The notes under the pieces: model-generated
Told to the model about the DNA's origin: nothing
The model's input: only the letters and a program-made list of their open reading frames with translations
Databases searched by the model: none
Program-made: the position numbers and the translations under genes
Part shown: in pieces, positions 1-31,112 of the stretch
Layout: each line of letters begins with the position of its first letter
Numbering within the stretch: the stretch's first letter is position 1
Source of the DNA: Zootoca vivipara
Taxonomy: Eukaryota
NCBI RefSeq assembly: GCF_963506605.1
Contig: NC_083294.1
Coordinates: forward strand, 31,000,001 to 31,064,000
DNA: 64,000 nt
Direction: 5' to 3'

Positions 1-809
1 GTTAGGAAACACTGGTTGAAACCATATCCAAAACAGACTGTTGTTCAATTTCCAAAACCTTTCCATCCTTAGAACATCCAAGGAGAGAAGCAGAGACAGG
101 GCAGGGGAACCACTGATGAACAGACACAGTGAAATAGATCACAGGGTGATGGATAAATAACTGGGGGTTGGGGATGGAGAGGGCTAAACTGGAAGCATTG
201 CAAGCTGATCGTTCTGCAGGTCATTTGTAAGCATAATGTTCATGATGTGTACGTAAAGCTTGTTTTCTTTTGTAAACCACATTGGGAGAGCTTTGCCCTG
301 GAAAGCTCCATGTATGTAACCACTTTAAATAATAATTGCTGCTCTTATTATACAGGTGTGTCCCGTTTTCCCCCTCCCCACTAAAGTGTGATCGATTTGT
401 GTGTGGTACTGGGAAATAATTAAACAGATCAATTCAAACTTGGAAATGGTGGGGGAGAGCTGGAGAGTCCTTGTGGCTCTCTGACACAAGTCACTGAAGA
501 GTTCAGTGAGGGTGGAGGAAGCCCCCAAAAGACTGGAGGCACAGTGGGGATTTGTATTGGCTGCTCAATCTCCTTGCCTAACAGCCGACGTGCGGGGTAG
601 CTCAGGAGCAGCACTGCTTTCCCGCGCATTCTCCAGCTGTCCCTGAGCTTCAGTTCCAGTTATGGATACTTTTGGATACAGTATTTTTTGTATGGATTGA
701 AGAGAGAGTGGCAGAGGTGTTTAAAGGGTGTTTAGGGGTGCTCCCCAATTTATGCAATTTCACTTATGCGCACATAACCACTGCATTAAGTGGGAAGTTG
801 CCTGTACTA

Positions 810-19062
<18,253 letters not shown>

Positions 19063-19298
19063 GATGGCGGCGGCAACGGGCACCGACCCGACTCAGGTCC
19101 GCTCCCGGGTCTCCCCCTCTACTGACTGAAAGGCGTCCGCGCAACGCCGGTCTCCCTGCGCACGCGTGTTCCCTGTCAGCGAACGCCGCCGCTCTAGGAA
19201 CGGGGGCGCTGTGACTTTACGGTAAGGGGGAGGGGCGCCTGGGAGGGGCGTGGCCTCCTTGTCCTCCGGCGACGGCGCCCTACCCGCGTGCGGCGATC
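19063..19298. promoter_or_regulatory. Bidirectional CpG-island promoter and 5' UTRs of AIFM1/MARS2
   Basis: Divergent ATGs only 236 bp apart; CpG-rich; NRF1-like TGCGCACGCG at 19157-19166; GC boxes GGGAGGGGCG near 19228-19250. Confidence 0.85.
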
Positions 19299-22200
19299 AT
19301 GCTGCTGCTGCTCCGTTCCCTCGCCGCGCGCCGCCCGCTTCGCGCTGCCGTCCTTCCCGGGCAGGGTTCGCGGAGAGGCTGCCACGCCTCGGAGCGGAGC
19401 GGCCGGCGGCTGCTGCTCACCACGCCCATCTTCTACGCGAACGGCCCGCCGCACATCGGGCACCTGTACTCTGCGCTGCTGGCTGATGCGCTGCACCGGC
19501 ACCGGGAGCTGCAGGGCCGCGGAAGAGGGCGCTTTACCACGGGTCAGTGAGAGGACTGGCAAATGGGGTTGTGTGAATGGGTGGTGGGTTTTCTTCTCCT
19601 GTAAAAGGCTGCTAGATGCTGCTGATCTGTGGAGGCTTTTCCTTGAGCGTTCTTTAAAGCGGTTGTTGTTGTAATGTTCGTCTCCCTTTTGGGGAGAAGA
19701 CAGTCCCTCAAGCTTACAATCTTTTCTGCGGGGAGATGGGTAAATAGCAGGATGAAGTTTCAATGAAGCACGTGTGCATGCAAGTGTGCGGAACCAGCCA
19801 ACTCGCGAGGGAAGGTGAGGCAGTCGCTTTGTGGGCAGGATCCACAGGGGCAGCAAATCCGGCCTCCCAGACAGTAATGCATTACCTGCTGCTGCAGCAG
19901 CAGTGACAACAGCAGCTGTGAAACACTCCTTACCCACCCACCTAGCTGCCAGATGCTATTGGGCTGCGGCTCTCATTAGTCTCAGCCAGAATTGCTAGCA
20001 GTGATGATAGATGGATGCTGTAGTCCAGGCATCTCCAAACTGCGGCCCTCCAGGTGTTTTGGCCTACATCTCCCATGATCCCTAGCTAACAGGACCAGTG
20101 GTCGGAGAAGATGGAAATTGTACTCCAAAACATCTGGAGGGCCGAAGTTTGGGGATGCCTGCTGTAGTCCAACAACATATTTGGATGGGGGGGGGAGTAT
20201 TTTTCCTTTAATATAACCAGTTATCTCCATTTTCCAGCCCTAAGAACATTAGATCAGCTGGATCACAGTAGAAGTCTGTCTAGTGCAGCCTTCCAACCTT
20301 GGCTACCCAGATGTTGGTTAGCTGCAGTTCCCATCATCCTTGATAATTGCTCAGGCTGCCTGGGGATGATGAGAGTTGTAGCCCAACAACATCTGGAGGC
20401 CCACAGATACCAGGTCTGTTGGATTCTTAATTCTTTGTACTCTCCTATTTCTCTGCACAGGAACTGATGAGCATGGTCTGAAGATCCAGATGACAGCAGC
20501 AGCTGCAGGCAGTTCCCCTGAACCGTTCTGTAACCATATGTCAACTAAATTCCAGGAACTCTTCACCCAGGCGGGCATCTCTTATACAGACTTCATCCGT
20601 ACTACAGAACCTCGGCACAAACGGGCTGTGGAGCACTTCTGGGCAGCTCTGCAGGACCGGGGCTGGCTCTACCAGGCCCACTATGAAGGCTGGTACTGTA
20701 CTGCTGAAGAAACCTTCTTGGCTGCTTCCCAGGTCACTGAGCATCCTGATGCACAAGGCCACAGGCACATGGTCTCACTTGAGAGTGGCCACCAGGTAAT
20801 GAAAAGCACCTCTGTATCTTTTCAGTTCCGATATGGCAGCCCTGTTTTGTAGGGTTCCATCCCTCAGGAAAGTATCTTTTGGGATTTGCAGCAGAGCCTG
20901 CTCTAGGATGGCCCCTGTGATCTCATGCAACACATCTTAACAAGCATTTGGGGCAAATAGGATGCACACAAATGCAGTTATATTTTAGAAACACTTTTCA
21001 TCTGACCTCTGCCTTGGCTTTAAGCAAGAAAGGCTTCAGTGATACTTCTGAAATTTAATTATTTATTCACCATAAATATTCCCAAGTTGATTCACATAAA
21101 AAAAAACCACACAACTATAACAAAAAAAAATTGTAAGGAAGATTGAGAGCAGTGGATTAGTAACTGTAAACAATTAAATTGTTTCAGTTTTCAGAGTTAG
21201 AAGCTGGTGGGTGGGTGTTAAATATATTTCCATGGTTCTGAAAAGTTAGCAAAGTAGGTATCAGGTTGCCCTCCTTTGGTAAGGGATTTCAGAGATGGCA
21301 TTTCACAAAGTGAGAAGACCCTGGCTACATTCACAGCATATATGTGAACACCTCCTTTCCCCCACCATCCTGAGAACTATCATTTATTAAGGGTGCTGGG
21401 AACTGTAGCTCTGTGAGGGTTACAGTTCTGAGGATTCTTATTTGGGGAACAGGTGTGATTTAAATGTGCTTGAAATGTATGTTGGGTCCACAGCTCCTCT
21501 CTCCATACATAACCCTGCTCACTTTGATGTTTGAGGAAGGCCTCTGATGATGACCTCAGCACACTGGCAGACTGATGTGAAATCTCAAGTCCATAGACGT
21601 TGCTTTGATTTTTTTTTCTCCATCTTTGATTATTATATTTGAAGACTCACCTCTTTTCATCCTGCTAAGAAATCCTCCTCTGCCCCTTCCTTTTCATGCA
21701 GTAGCAAGAACACAGTCACATTGACTTTACTGCATGGCTGATTCCCAAATGACTGCAGTCACCCTGAGGTTACATAGTGTCACCAAGCAATGCTGCATCT
21801 TGCAAAATCACTCCAGAAGTGTTTCTGCCCAGCTATTCAATTGCAAGCACACAAACCTTCTGTGTTGCTGAGTGAGGCTGAATGATGAGAAATGATTGCT
21901 ATGTGAGTCGTGGCTTAGAAATTTGCCTCCTTTTTGTATAGCGTGTCTCTGGCATAGGAAGGGGCATTGGGAAAATGCAAATGTCTCTTGCAGCATTGGT
22001 ACACACAATCTCAAGCTTTTTTTAACAGGTGGAATTATAGCAGAAATGACTGAGCAATTAAGTGTGTGTGCCAAATATGTGTGTGCTTCATAATCGTGCT
22101 GCACAAGCATAGAAATTTGATAATTGGTGGAAAATTCAGCATCCTGGGAATTCCCTGGGGATTTGAAAAGCAAGTTTCTAGTCCTTCAGTTTGGAAAGTT

Positions 22201-25200
22201 AATATGTAATACCTGTCACAATCTCAGAAGTGAGCATGTGGGGCTGAGCAAGATTTCCAGTAAGAAGCCCTTAGCAGTTGTGTTTCTGTATTCTATGAGA
22301 ATCAAAGAAAAATCAATCCTGTACATTAATAGTAAAAGTTCTCTGACTCTGAATCTTTATTTTGCTGAAATATCAAAACTGCATAAGAAGAAATTAGCAG
22401 CAGGCTCAGAGGAAACTTGTAGAAACACAAAAACCTTAAGGGAAAAGGTGCTGGACGGGAACTAAGTGAGGATTGAGCAAATTTAGTGGGCACAGAATGA
22501 TGACAGAGTTTTGTGTGGGAGGGGGAATGGAAACTGGAAAGATAGAAAGAACGTGGCTGGCTGGGACCTTGAACACTCCAAGCAAGACACTTGGCACTGC
22601 AACATTTTGTTGCAGGTTCGACTTGTTGATGTAACATAAGCAGACACATTAAGGTTGCTTAATTTGCACAATTTATGCAGGTTATAGGATTTGGTTTCTC
22701 TTGGCACCAAACAATACAGCATATGCACAGCCTTGGATTAGGCAGAAACAACAATTTGGCCTTTAATTCTGGGTGGGCATTTTCTGCATGTTATGAGGAA
22801 TTTGATTTATTTCTATACATTGTTTAATACTTCATCCATTTCAGAGGGGATAGCTGGTGTTTGTGCGAATGAACCTGCTTTATTTTAGAAAGGCATGGTA
22901 TAAATGCTGAAACAAAATGAATAAGGGTTCCTGGTTATTGACTGAAGCAGGGCTGTCCAACTTTTCATACTAAGTGGGCTGCAAGAGTACTTAGCACAGA
23001 ACCTGCAAACCGTACACTGTGTTGTCAAGGGGACTGGAAGGCCAAATTGTGATGCCCCTCCTCATGCTGCCAGATAAATGAGGTACTGGTTTTTGGCAAG
23101 GAGGAGTGAGGCTTAAGCATCATCATAGGGCCTCCCACCACCTTCCCAAAACTGGAGAAGCAGTAACAAGGTTTTGGAAAGGAGGCAGGAGGACTCTATC
23201 AAAGTCCTCATGCCTCCTTCTCAAAGCCTAGTGCCTTGCTTACCTGGTTGGGGAGAGTCAAACGTTGCTGAGGGCCACCAAAAAGGCCTCAAGGGTGACA
23301 TATGGCCCATGGGCCATGTGTTGAACCTTCCTGGTATGAAGGAATATCATGTAGCAATTTTTCTGTAGCTTAGCAAGTCTGAGGACCCATGTGTGCTATA
23401 CTTTCAGTAAAATGTCCTGGGAACTGTAGTTTCGTAAGGTGCTGAGAGTTTTTAGGAGACCCCCACCCATTACCTTTGCAGAGCTAGAGTTACCAAACTG
23501 TACCCTTAACAAACTACAGTTCTCAGAATTCTTTGGGGGAAGCCAAAGTCAGGATATTGCTTTAAATGTATAGTGCTCATGGGGTTTGAGAGTGGTCAGT
23601 GGTCAGTGCCACTGGATGGGAGGCTGCCTAGGAGCTCTATATATGCCGCCTTAAACTCTATGAAATAAAGGGGGAATATAAATATTTTTATTTCTTTGTT
23701 TATTTGGTTGGTTGTTTTGTTTTTCAAATTAAAATTTTACAGTCACATGTCCAACTTACAACATAAAAACAAGATTCCAAGGAATCTCTTGGACTTATTT
23801 CCTCCCCTTTGTGGGTCCTATTGTTAATCATTTCTTCCTGCATCTTTTATGATAATCCAAAATCTTTTACCTCTCCATTGTGTGCAAAATTCACCATTAA
23901 ACTACAAGTGATATTCCAATCCTACTAACGATTTTAACTGTTTACAATGGTTTTTTAAAATAAGTTATAATTTCCCCCCATTCCTTATTAAAACTTTGGT
24001 CTTCCTGATTTCTGATTCTTCTGGTCATTTTGGCCATTTCAACATAATCCGTCAACTTGATCTGCCATTCTTCTCTGGTAGGGACTCAGGCCCGTCCTAG
24101 CCATACAGGCTAGTGGCGTGGAGAACCACGGCGCCGGGCGCTGGAGGGCGCTGGAAGGGCGCCAAGTGAGCGCAGGGTTCCGGCGATCTGGCCAGGACTG
24201 CGCTCCTTCTCCGAGGACTCTGCGCTGCGCCTCCTTCTCGTTTCCCCAGCACTGGGTTCCGCTCAGTCGAGCTTCGCCACCAGCGCGCGCACAGCGCCCA
24301 AGCAGCTCTTGCTGGTCCGGCGGTGCACGCGCTGGTGGCGAAGCTTGACTGAGCGGAACCCAGTGCTGGGGAAACGAGAAGGAGGCGCAGCGCGGAGTCC
24401 TCAGAGGTGGCCTCCCGCTGCTGCCACGGTCCGCTTGGCACTCCCGGGCCCTTGGAGAGGCTCTGGAGGGGGGCGCCGGAGGGACCTAGCACCAGGGCGC
24501 TGGATGGGCTTAAGACGGCCCTGCAGGGACTTTATCTTCTTTCCATCTCTGGACCAATAACATCCGCACAGCCATGGTCGCAGACATAGTCTTATCTGCT
24601 CCCTTGGGATTTTGGCATAGAGGGAATATAAATGTAATGCAGATGTGGGGGAACTTCTGGCCTTGCAGATGTTGTTAGACTCTAATTGCCATCAGCCCCA
24701 GCCGGCATAGTTTGGGGTGATGGGTGTTGTATTTATGAACTATAAAGGGCAATGGGAGTAATAGTCCAGCAACATGTGGAAGGCCAAAAGTTCCATCATA
24801 GATGCAATGAATATAAACAAATGAATAACTATTTATAGGGGAGACAGCAAAAAAAAAGGTTGTGACCAGTTTCTCTCTTGCATCTCAGGTGCACTGGACC
24901 AAAGAGGAGAACTTCATGTTCAAACTGTCCGAGTTCCGGGAACCGTTGCTGAGATGGCTCCTGGAAAGCAAGGCAGCCATAACACCTGAGCCTTTCCACC
25001 AGCAGGTGCTCCATTGGCTGGAGCAGGACTTGCCTGACCTCTCTGTGTCACGTGACCGAAAGCGGCTGCAGTGGGGCATCCCTGTCCCCCACAACTCGAC
25101 ACAGACCATTTATGTCTGGGTTGATGCCCTGGTGAACTACCTGACCGTTGTGGGTTATCCCGACACACACCACACCTGGTGGCCCAGTGCAACGCACATT

Positions 25201-26034
25201 GTGGGCAAAGATATCCTCAAGTTCCACGCCATCTACTGGCCTGCCCTGCTCATGGCAGTGGGGCTGGAGCCTCCAGAGAAAATATTCGTGCACTCCCACT
25301 GGACGGTGCAAGGGCAGAAGATGTCGAAAACTCTGGGAAATGTGGTAGACCCTCAGGCCTGTTTCCAGCGGTACTCAGTGGATGGCTTTCGGTACTTCCT
25401 GCTGAGACAGGGTGTCCCTGAGCGAGACTGCGACTACTATGATGAGAAGGCTGTCAACTTGGTCAATTCAGAGTTGGCTGATGCCTTGGGGGGTCTTCTT
25501 AACCGGTGCACGGCCCCCAGCCTCAACCCCAGCGGAAGCTACCCAGGCTTTTCAGAGGCATGTTTTCCTCGGGTCATGGATGCTCATAATAGGAGAGGCA
25601 AAGCCTTGGCTGAGGACTACAAACTTGTGTCCTCAGTGAAAGACCTGCCTGCTCATGTGAGCGACTGCTTCGAACGCTTTCAGATCTACAAAGCTTTAGA
25701 ATCGATCCTGGACTGCGTGAGGCAGACGAATGGCTTCCTTCAGAGGCACGCGCCTTGGAAACTATGCCGTGAAGATCCTGAGCAGCAGCAGTGGCAAGAC
25801 ACCATCCTGCACGTCACTCTGGAATGCCTTCGGATTTATGGGAGCCTCCTGCAACCAATGATCCCAAACACTGCTGATAAAATCCTCACCAGGCTGGGTG
25901 TTAGCCCCACGGAAAGGTCTCTAAGCAACTTGAGCTTCCTTCCTCGGTACTATGGCGAAAGGTCCCCCTTTGAAGGCAGGAGACTTGGGCCAGATGCTGG
26001 GCTCCTATTTCCAAAGCTGGAGAAATCCAAGTGA
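19299..26034 (+). CDS. MARS2: Methionyl-tRNA synthetase 2, mitochondrial (574 aa, 3 exons)
   Basis: Exons 19299-19542, 20461-20795, 24889-26034 = 1725 nt. Arg/Leu-rich presequence, [24 protein letters not shown] across the first junction, [24 protein letters not shown]. Confidence 0.97.
20026..20161. mobile_element. hAT MITE nested in an older MITE of similar type
   Basis: TIRs caggcatctccaaact / agtttggggatgcctg; 8-bp TSD ctgtagtc. Confidence 0.85.
23700..24620 (-). mobile_element. L1-clade LINE 3' fragment, interrupted by a hAT MITE
   Basis: Minus translation [19 protein letters not shown] / [19 protein letters not shown]...FNKEWG resembles squamate L1 ORF2 C-termini; A-rich tail near 23700. 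Boundaries approximate. Confidence 0.7.
24087..24523. mobile_element. GC-rich hAT-type MITE with a hairpin (~85-bp arms), inserted in L1
   Basis: TIRs caggcccgtcctagcc / ggcttaagacggccctg; 8-bp TSD tagggact / cagggact; inverted repeat ~24209-24407. Confidence 0.8.
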
Positions 26035-26899
26035 ACCCAACTTCCAAAGCTGGAAAAATCAACAGATGCTGCAGAAGATCACTCACAAGTAGTCTCTTTT
26101 TATGCTTTCAGAAGGAGAAAAAAGATGGCAGCTTGTGCCTTATGGTTACATTTTAGTAAACGGTTGCTGGCATGTTGTAGGTATTTACTCTCTTAAGTTC
26201 ATTCACAATAGTGCCTATTGACAAGGTTCATTCATTGAAAGGGAGAGCCAGCTTGGCTCTGGTGCATATTACTCTGATGGCCCCACTGAGGATATAATTC
26301 CTTTTAAGGCACATCTCTATCAATCCTCACACACAGAAGAATTAGGATAGCACTCACTTCTCATTGACCAGTCTGGGGGTGTGGTGTGGTGTGTTGGTGA
26401 TGGCTGACTCTCCTACAACAACAAGAGGTTATATCCAGTGTTTTCTGGCCATTGGCACAAGAGTTTGGCACTGGCAGATGGGTGAGTTTGAATCTAGTGC
26501 AGTAGAGGAATCCAATGCAATCAGTTGCACTGGTGGACATATGCTCAGTCAATTGAGGAACAGTCTGGGAACATAGAATGAAAAACATCTAGAGGGCACC
26601 AGCATGGGAAATAATACTGCTCTAAACCTTTCCAATGTTTCACTGTTGCCATTGCTGAGAAATGGCTACATGGAAAAGGACTGGTGCATATTTAATACTT
26701 GGTAGACAAAACCCTTTGTGCACAAACTCTAATTGTTGTGACACTGCTGTAAGATAGGCTGGTATCTGTGTTGATTGCAGTTGCAGCTCAGAGATTCATG
26801 ATGACTGCTGAATTATGGGTTCAGTTGTACCTGAATCAGTGGAACTCACTGCTGCAAATGGTGGTACAGCTTAGATGGCTTTAAAAAAGGACAATGCAT

Positions 26900-27130
26900 T
26901 TGTAACATCATAATATACAACCATAATATACAATCATAATATTGTATATAATCATATAATGTACAATTGTGATATTGTACAATCAAAATATGCAGTTGAA
27001 ATATATACAATCTTACAATCATATCACACAATCACCATCACAATATCAAATAATAATATCACACTATTATCACGCAATCCTAGTGTACAATCATACACAA
27101 TCATGTCAGACAACCATATCTTACTACATG
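26900..27130. repeat. Low-complexity (ACAAT/CATAAT)-like degenerate microsatellite
   Basis: Repeated acaat/cataat motifs with almost no G. Confidence 0.6.
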
Positions 27131-27249
27131 AACATTAATAAATTGATGCTGTAGAGATGCATCTGAAAGAATCACAGCATATAATAGGTAAAATTCACCC
27201 CACACTTGCAAATAAAACTATTCCCAGGGCTGTTCACCTGATTGGTGAG

Positions 27250-27575
27250 CTATGGGGTGCAGCACTCATCTCGCTTTCAGTCCAAGGGAGTTGGCGTTTG
27301 TCCACAGACAGCTTTCCAGGTCATGTGGCCAGCATGACTAAACTGCTTCTGATGCAGTGGCACACCATGATGGAAGCCAGAGTACACAGAAACACCATTT
27401 ACCTTCCCGACACAGAGGTACCTGTTTATCTACTTGCACTGGTGTGCTTTTGAACTGTTAGATTGGCAGGAGCTAGGACAAACCAACAGGAGCTTGCCCT
27501 GTCACGGGGATTTGAACCGCTGGCCTTCTGATCAGCAAGCCCAAGAGGCTCAGTGGTTTAGACCACAGCACCACC
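27250..27575 (-). mobile_element. Diverged Sauria SINE
   Basis: Shares ctcatctcg, ttccaggtcatgtggccagcatgac and ccatttaccttcccg with the copy at 3869-4211. Confidence 0.8.
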
Positions 27576-30500
27576 CGCTCGCCATCTTTTTACCATATAT
27601 GTGTGCATGTGTGTATACATACATGCAAAATTAATTGAGAGTATCCTTTTATAATTAATCAAATACCCCAGTAATGAGAAGTTAGAGCTCTGCTAAAGCA
27701 TGGAGTATTGTAAATGTGTGTATATGTGTGTGTGTGCCATTGCTACTGAAACACACCTGGCTGTATATATGTCATTGGATGAAGTTAGTTTTCAATTCTT
27801 CCACATGCTTTAGCCCTAGTACCTGCTTTAAAGGCCAAAACAGTCCTGGGAAATGTGAGTGAATGCCACAAGTAGAATTTGCTGGTGTCCATCTCTATTT
27901 TCCTAGCAGCAAGTCATACAGGTGTCAAGGTCCCAGTTTATTACCTGTCTATCCAGCCTTTCCAATAAGGAGCTTAAGGCAGTGTCCATGAACTCCTTTA
28001 TCACCAAACCCCTCATTTATACCCTTGCAACAACCCTACTTAAGAGAGAGGTTGACTGGCCTAGGCAGAGGTGTGCCTATGGGGGCTGGCCAAGTTGCCC
28101 CCCCCCCAGCAGGCAGCACACACACTCCACAAAAAATCACACAATTGATTGACACTCCTGGGTTACCAGGCAGTCTGGGGTGGGAGAGTCCCTGCTCTTC
28201 TACCTGCTCACAACCATCTTGTGCAGTGTGTGGGCAGTGTGTGGCTCCTTTAGGGAGTGGGGCGGGGGAGCAAAGAAAGGACAGTACACAACTTTGGGGA
28301 ATCTCAAACTTGTGGTGTGAAACTAACTGGTTGTTGTCTTCTTCCTTTCCATTGTGCTCAAGGGAAGGGCAGGGAAGCGCACAGGAAAATTAAACTTAAG
28401 TTTTTGCTTCCACAAAAAGGATGACTGGAGGGGGCCCCTAGTTTTGAGCATGGAGTTGCAGTGCAAGCTATTTACTACCTGGATACAGTTGCTGAATCCC
28501 CAAGAACAGGGCATCAGCCTGCAGACTGAAGAATATATGAAAGATATAAAAGTTGCATAAAGCACTTTGTAAACAAAAGGGAAGGATGATAGTAATGATA
28601 AACAAATAACAGCCATGGTAGTGCTGATATCATTTCTTTAGCCCAGGTGGTGGTCAATGCTTTTTGGGACCCCAAGGCACATTTGCTCTTAGAATTTTGA
28701 AGTCTCAGGTGTAGCTCTAGTGGCTTTAGCCCAAACGTAGCAGAGTTTTCCTGCACAGTGCAGAAACTAGTTGAGGTGGAAATGACTAGGCGGCTAGATG
28801 CAGAATAACTATTTACAGGATTTATTAAAAGAAAATAAAACCAGCAGAGTTTCTGCATACAAAACAAAGCAAAATAAATCCTTACTCTCTCTCTCTCTTT
28901 AACCATACACAGCACTCCTACTCCTAACACCCAACAAGAAACAACTGTGCTAGCAGATAACTGTGCTAGCAGCCTATATAAGAGTTCAGTGCTGATCATT
29001 AACCAATCAGAGAGCTGTTGCCAGGTCAGGCAGACCTTGGCTTTCTGCCAAGAGTAAATTGACACTGCCTTGAGTTAATTGTGTGAAGCAAGAATCTGTA
29101 AGTTTCCCATGAGAACCAATTAACAGAAACTGAACATTTGCAATCCAGAGCAACATATTGTGGGCACCACATATAACGTGAGCAATGATTAAGGCTTGGC
29201 AAAATTCTAAGATCGCTTCAGCAAGAAACAACTGAGCCTAAGCTTTGTATAGTAGTAGTAGCAGCAGCAGCAGCTTAATCATAACTGTAATCCTCACCAG
29301 CACTGTAAGATGCTGCTTTGCTGAAGCAGGCACCAACCTCTTCAGCAATTCTGCCACAAGCAGGAGAGCTTCTGGTTTCACCTGGTCTTCTGCTCTGGAA
29401 TTCTCCAAGGATGACAACAGAGTCACAGCTGAAAAACTTCATGCACCCTTTAACATGCCAGGAGAACGAAAACCCTGTTTACCATCAAGCATCATTTGTG
29501 GAAGCTAGCTATCTCCTGAAGTAGCAGGGAAAACCTGGGGATTTTCATCTACAGTATATCTGAGGTGAATCTTATTCAGTTAGAACTGAGAACCACTTGC
29601 CCATGGTTTTATTATTGTTTCTGATTATCTTATGAATACTGCACAATTAATTATATTCATCTGCCCCAGCTGCAACAAAACATGTCTCTCCTGCATTAGT
29701 CTCTACAGCCATAGCACTGCAACCTTTTGACTTCACACCCAAAGGTGCACTCCTCCATTGTTGCCCAAGACAGACAGATGCCAACCAGTTATATTCCATT
29801 TGGTTAGTCGCTACTTATAGACCAACAAACCCAACAGAATTCACATTGGATTCACTTATGGGTAAACATGTTTAAAGATGACAAATTTGCAGCACAATCT
29901 TATCCACGCTAACAGTAAAATCCTAACCAAATCTCAGAGAGTTCAGTGGATCTTAGTCCCAGGTAAATGGCGTTAAGATTGCAGCCTAGCCTGAGAGCAT
30001 TTGCCATTGAATCTTCTGTGTTGGATCAAGTTTCTTTTTCTGGTGTGTGTGGGGGGGGCATATGTAGCTCCTTGCCAAGGGCACAAGGGACCCCAGGTAG
30101 GCCACTGGCCAGGGCTAGTCAATGTGGAGCCCTCCAGATGTTGGGATGCAGATTCCCATCAGCCCCAGCAAGCATGGACCAAAGTCAGGGATGATGGGAG
30201 CTGAATTCCAAGAAGCACCATTTTCGCTGGACTAGCCCAAGGTCAAGTTAGCTTCATGAGTGACGATTTTAGCCTGGATCTTCCCAGTCCTATCCCGACA
30301 TTCTCAGCAATACAGCCCTCGCCGACATTGGAGCGCGTTGTTTAGGCAGCATGTGTTCCATCACTGTAAACATGCGAGGCCTCCGTACGTGTCTCCTATT
30401 CTAATTGTTTCATTGCTGTCAAGTTCTCCCTTTTTTAAAGGGAAATTCCCTTATGCTGAATAGGCTTCCTCGCGAGAAAAGGGAAAACTTGACAGCTATG

Positions 30501-30649
30501 TAATTGTTTTTACATTCCTTTGAGCAGCAGAACGTGGGTCACCACGCACTCCCCGTCTCAGATGTGAGCAAGAGCTAAGGAAATGAGCACATTTCCATGC
30601 GCAGCAGGGGATGAACAGTTGGGAGCGAGAGAGCCGGCAAGCAAGTGGG

Positions 30650-31112
30650 GGCCACCCAGGCTTAGGCTATTGGTTTCCCGCGTCCTGCCTTCTACTGTAG
30701 TTGGCTAAGCGCAACACAAGGCGCCGGTGGGGTGCTGCTAAGGCTCCGCCTTTGGGGGCTGTGCGCTGGAAGCCGGCTGGGTGTCGGCAACCAATGAAAG
30801 CGCGGAGCGATGGGCGGCTCCTGGCCGGTGACTCGAGGGTGCTCCCGCAGTTGCGACTCATCGCTTAAATGCGGCTGGCTGGACCGACAGCTTGGAGCCT
30901 GGTAGTAGGCAGGGAGCTGTGTTTCGCCCCGGTCGCCATGCCGGCCGTACTGAGCCAACCCTGAGCTTTCCCGTCGAGTACTGCCTTCGTTGGGTTTTCT
31001 TATTTGTTCCTTTGGCGCGGCGTGTTCCTCCGCTACGCTCTCGCGCTACGGAAAAGCCGAGCCTTGTCCTCGCCTAGCCTGCTAGCCAGCGCTGCCGGCG
31101 TGTCCTCCCAGA
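30650..31112 (+). promoter_or_regulatory. RAB33A CpG-island promoter and 5' UTR
   Basis: CpG-rich; CCAAT boxes (ATTGG ~30670, CCAAT ~30791); 8-codon uORF at 30938-30964. Confidence 0.7.

Noticed and set aside
28514-29065. 183-aa minus-strand ORF between MARS2 and RAB33A
   Set aside because: No recognisable domain or splice structure; crosses simple repeats; likely a repeat remnant.
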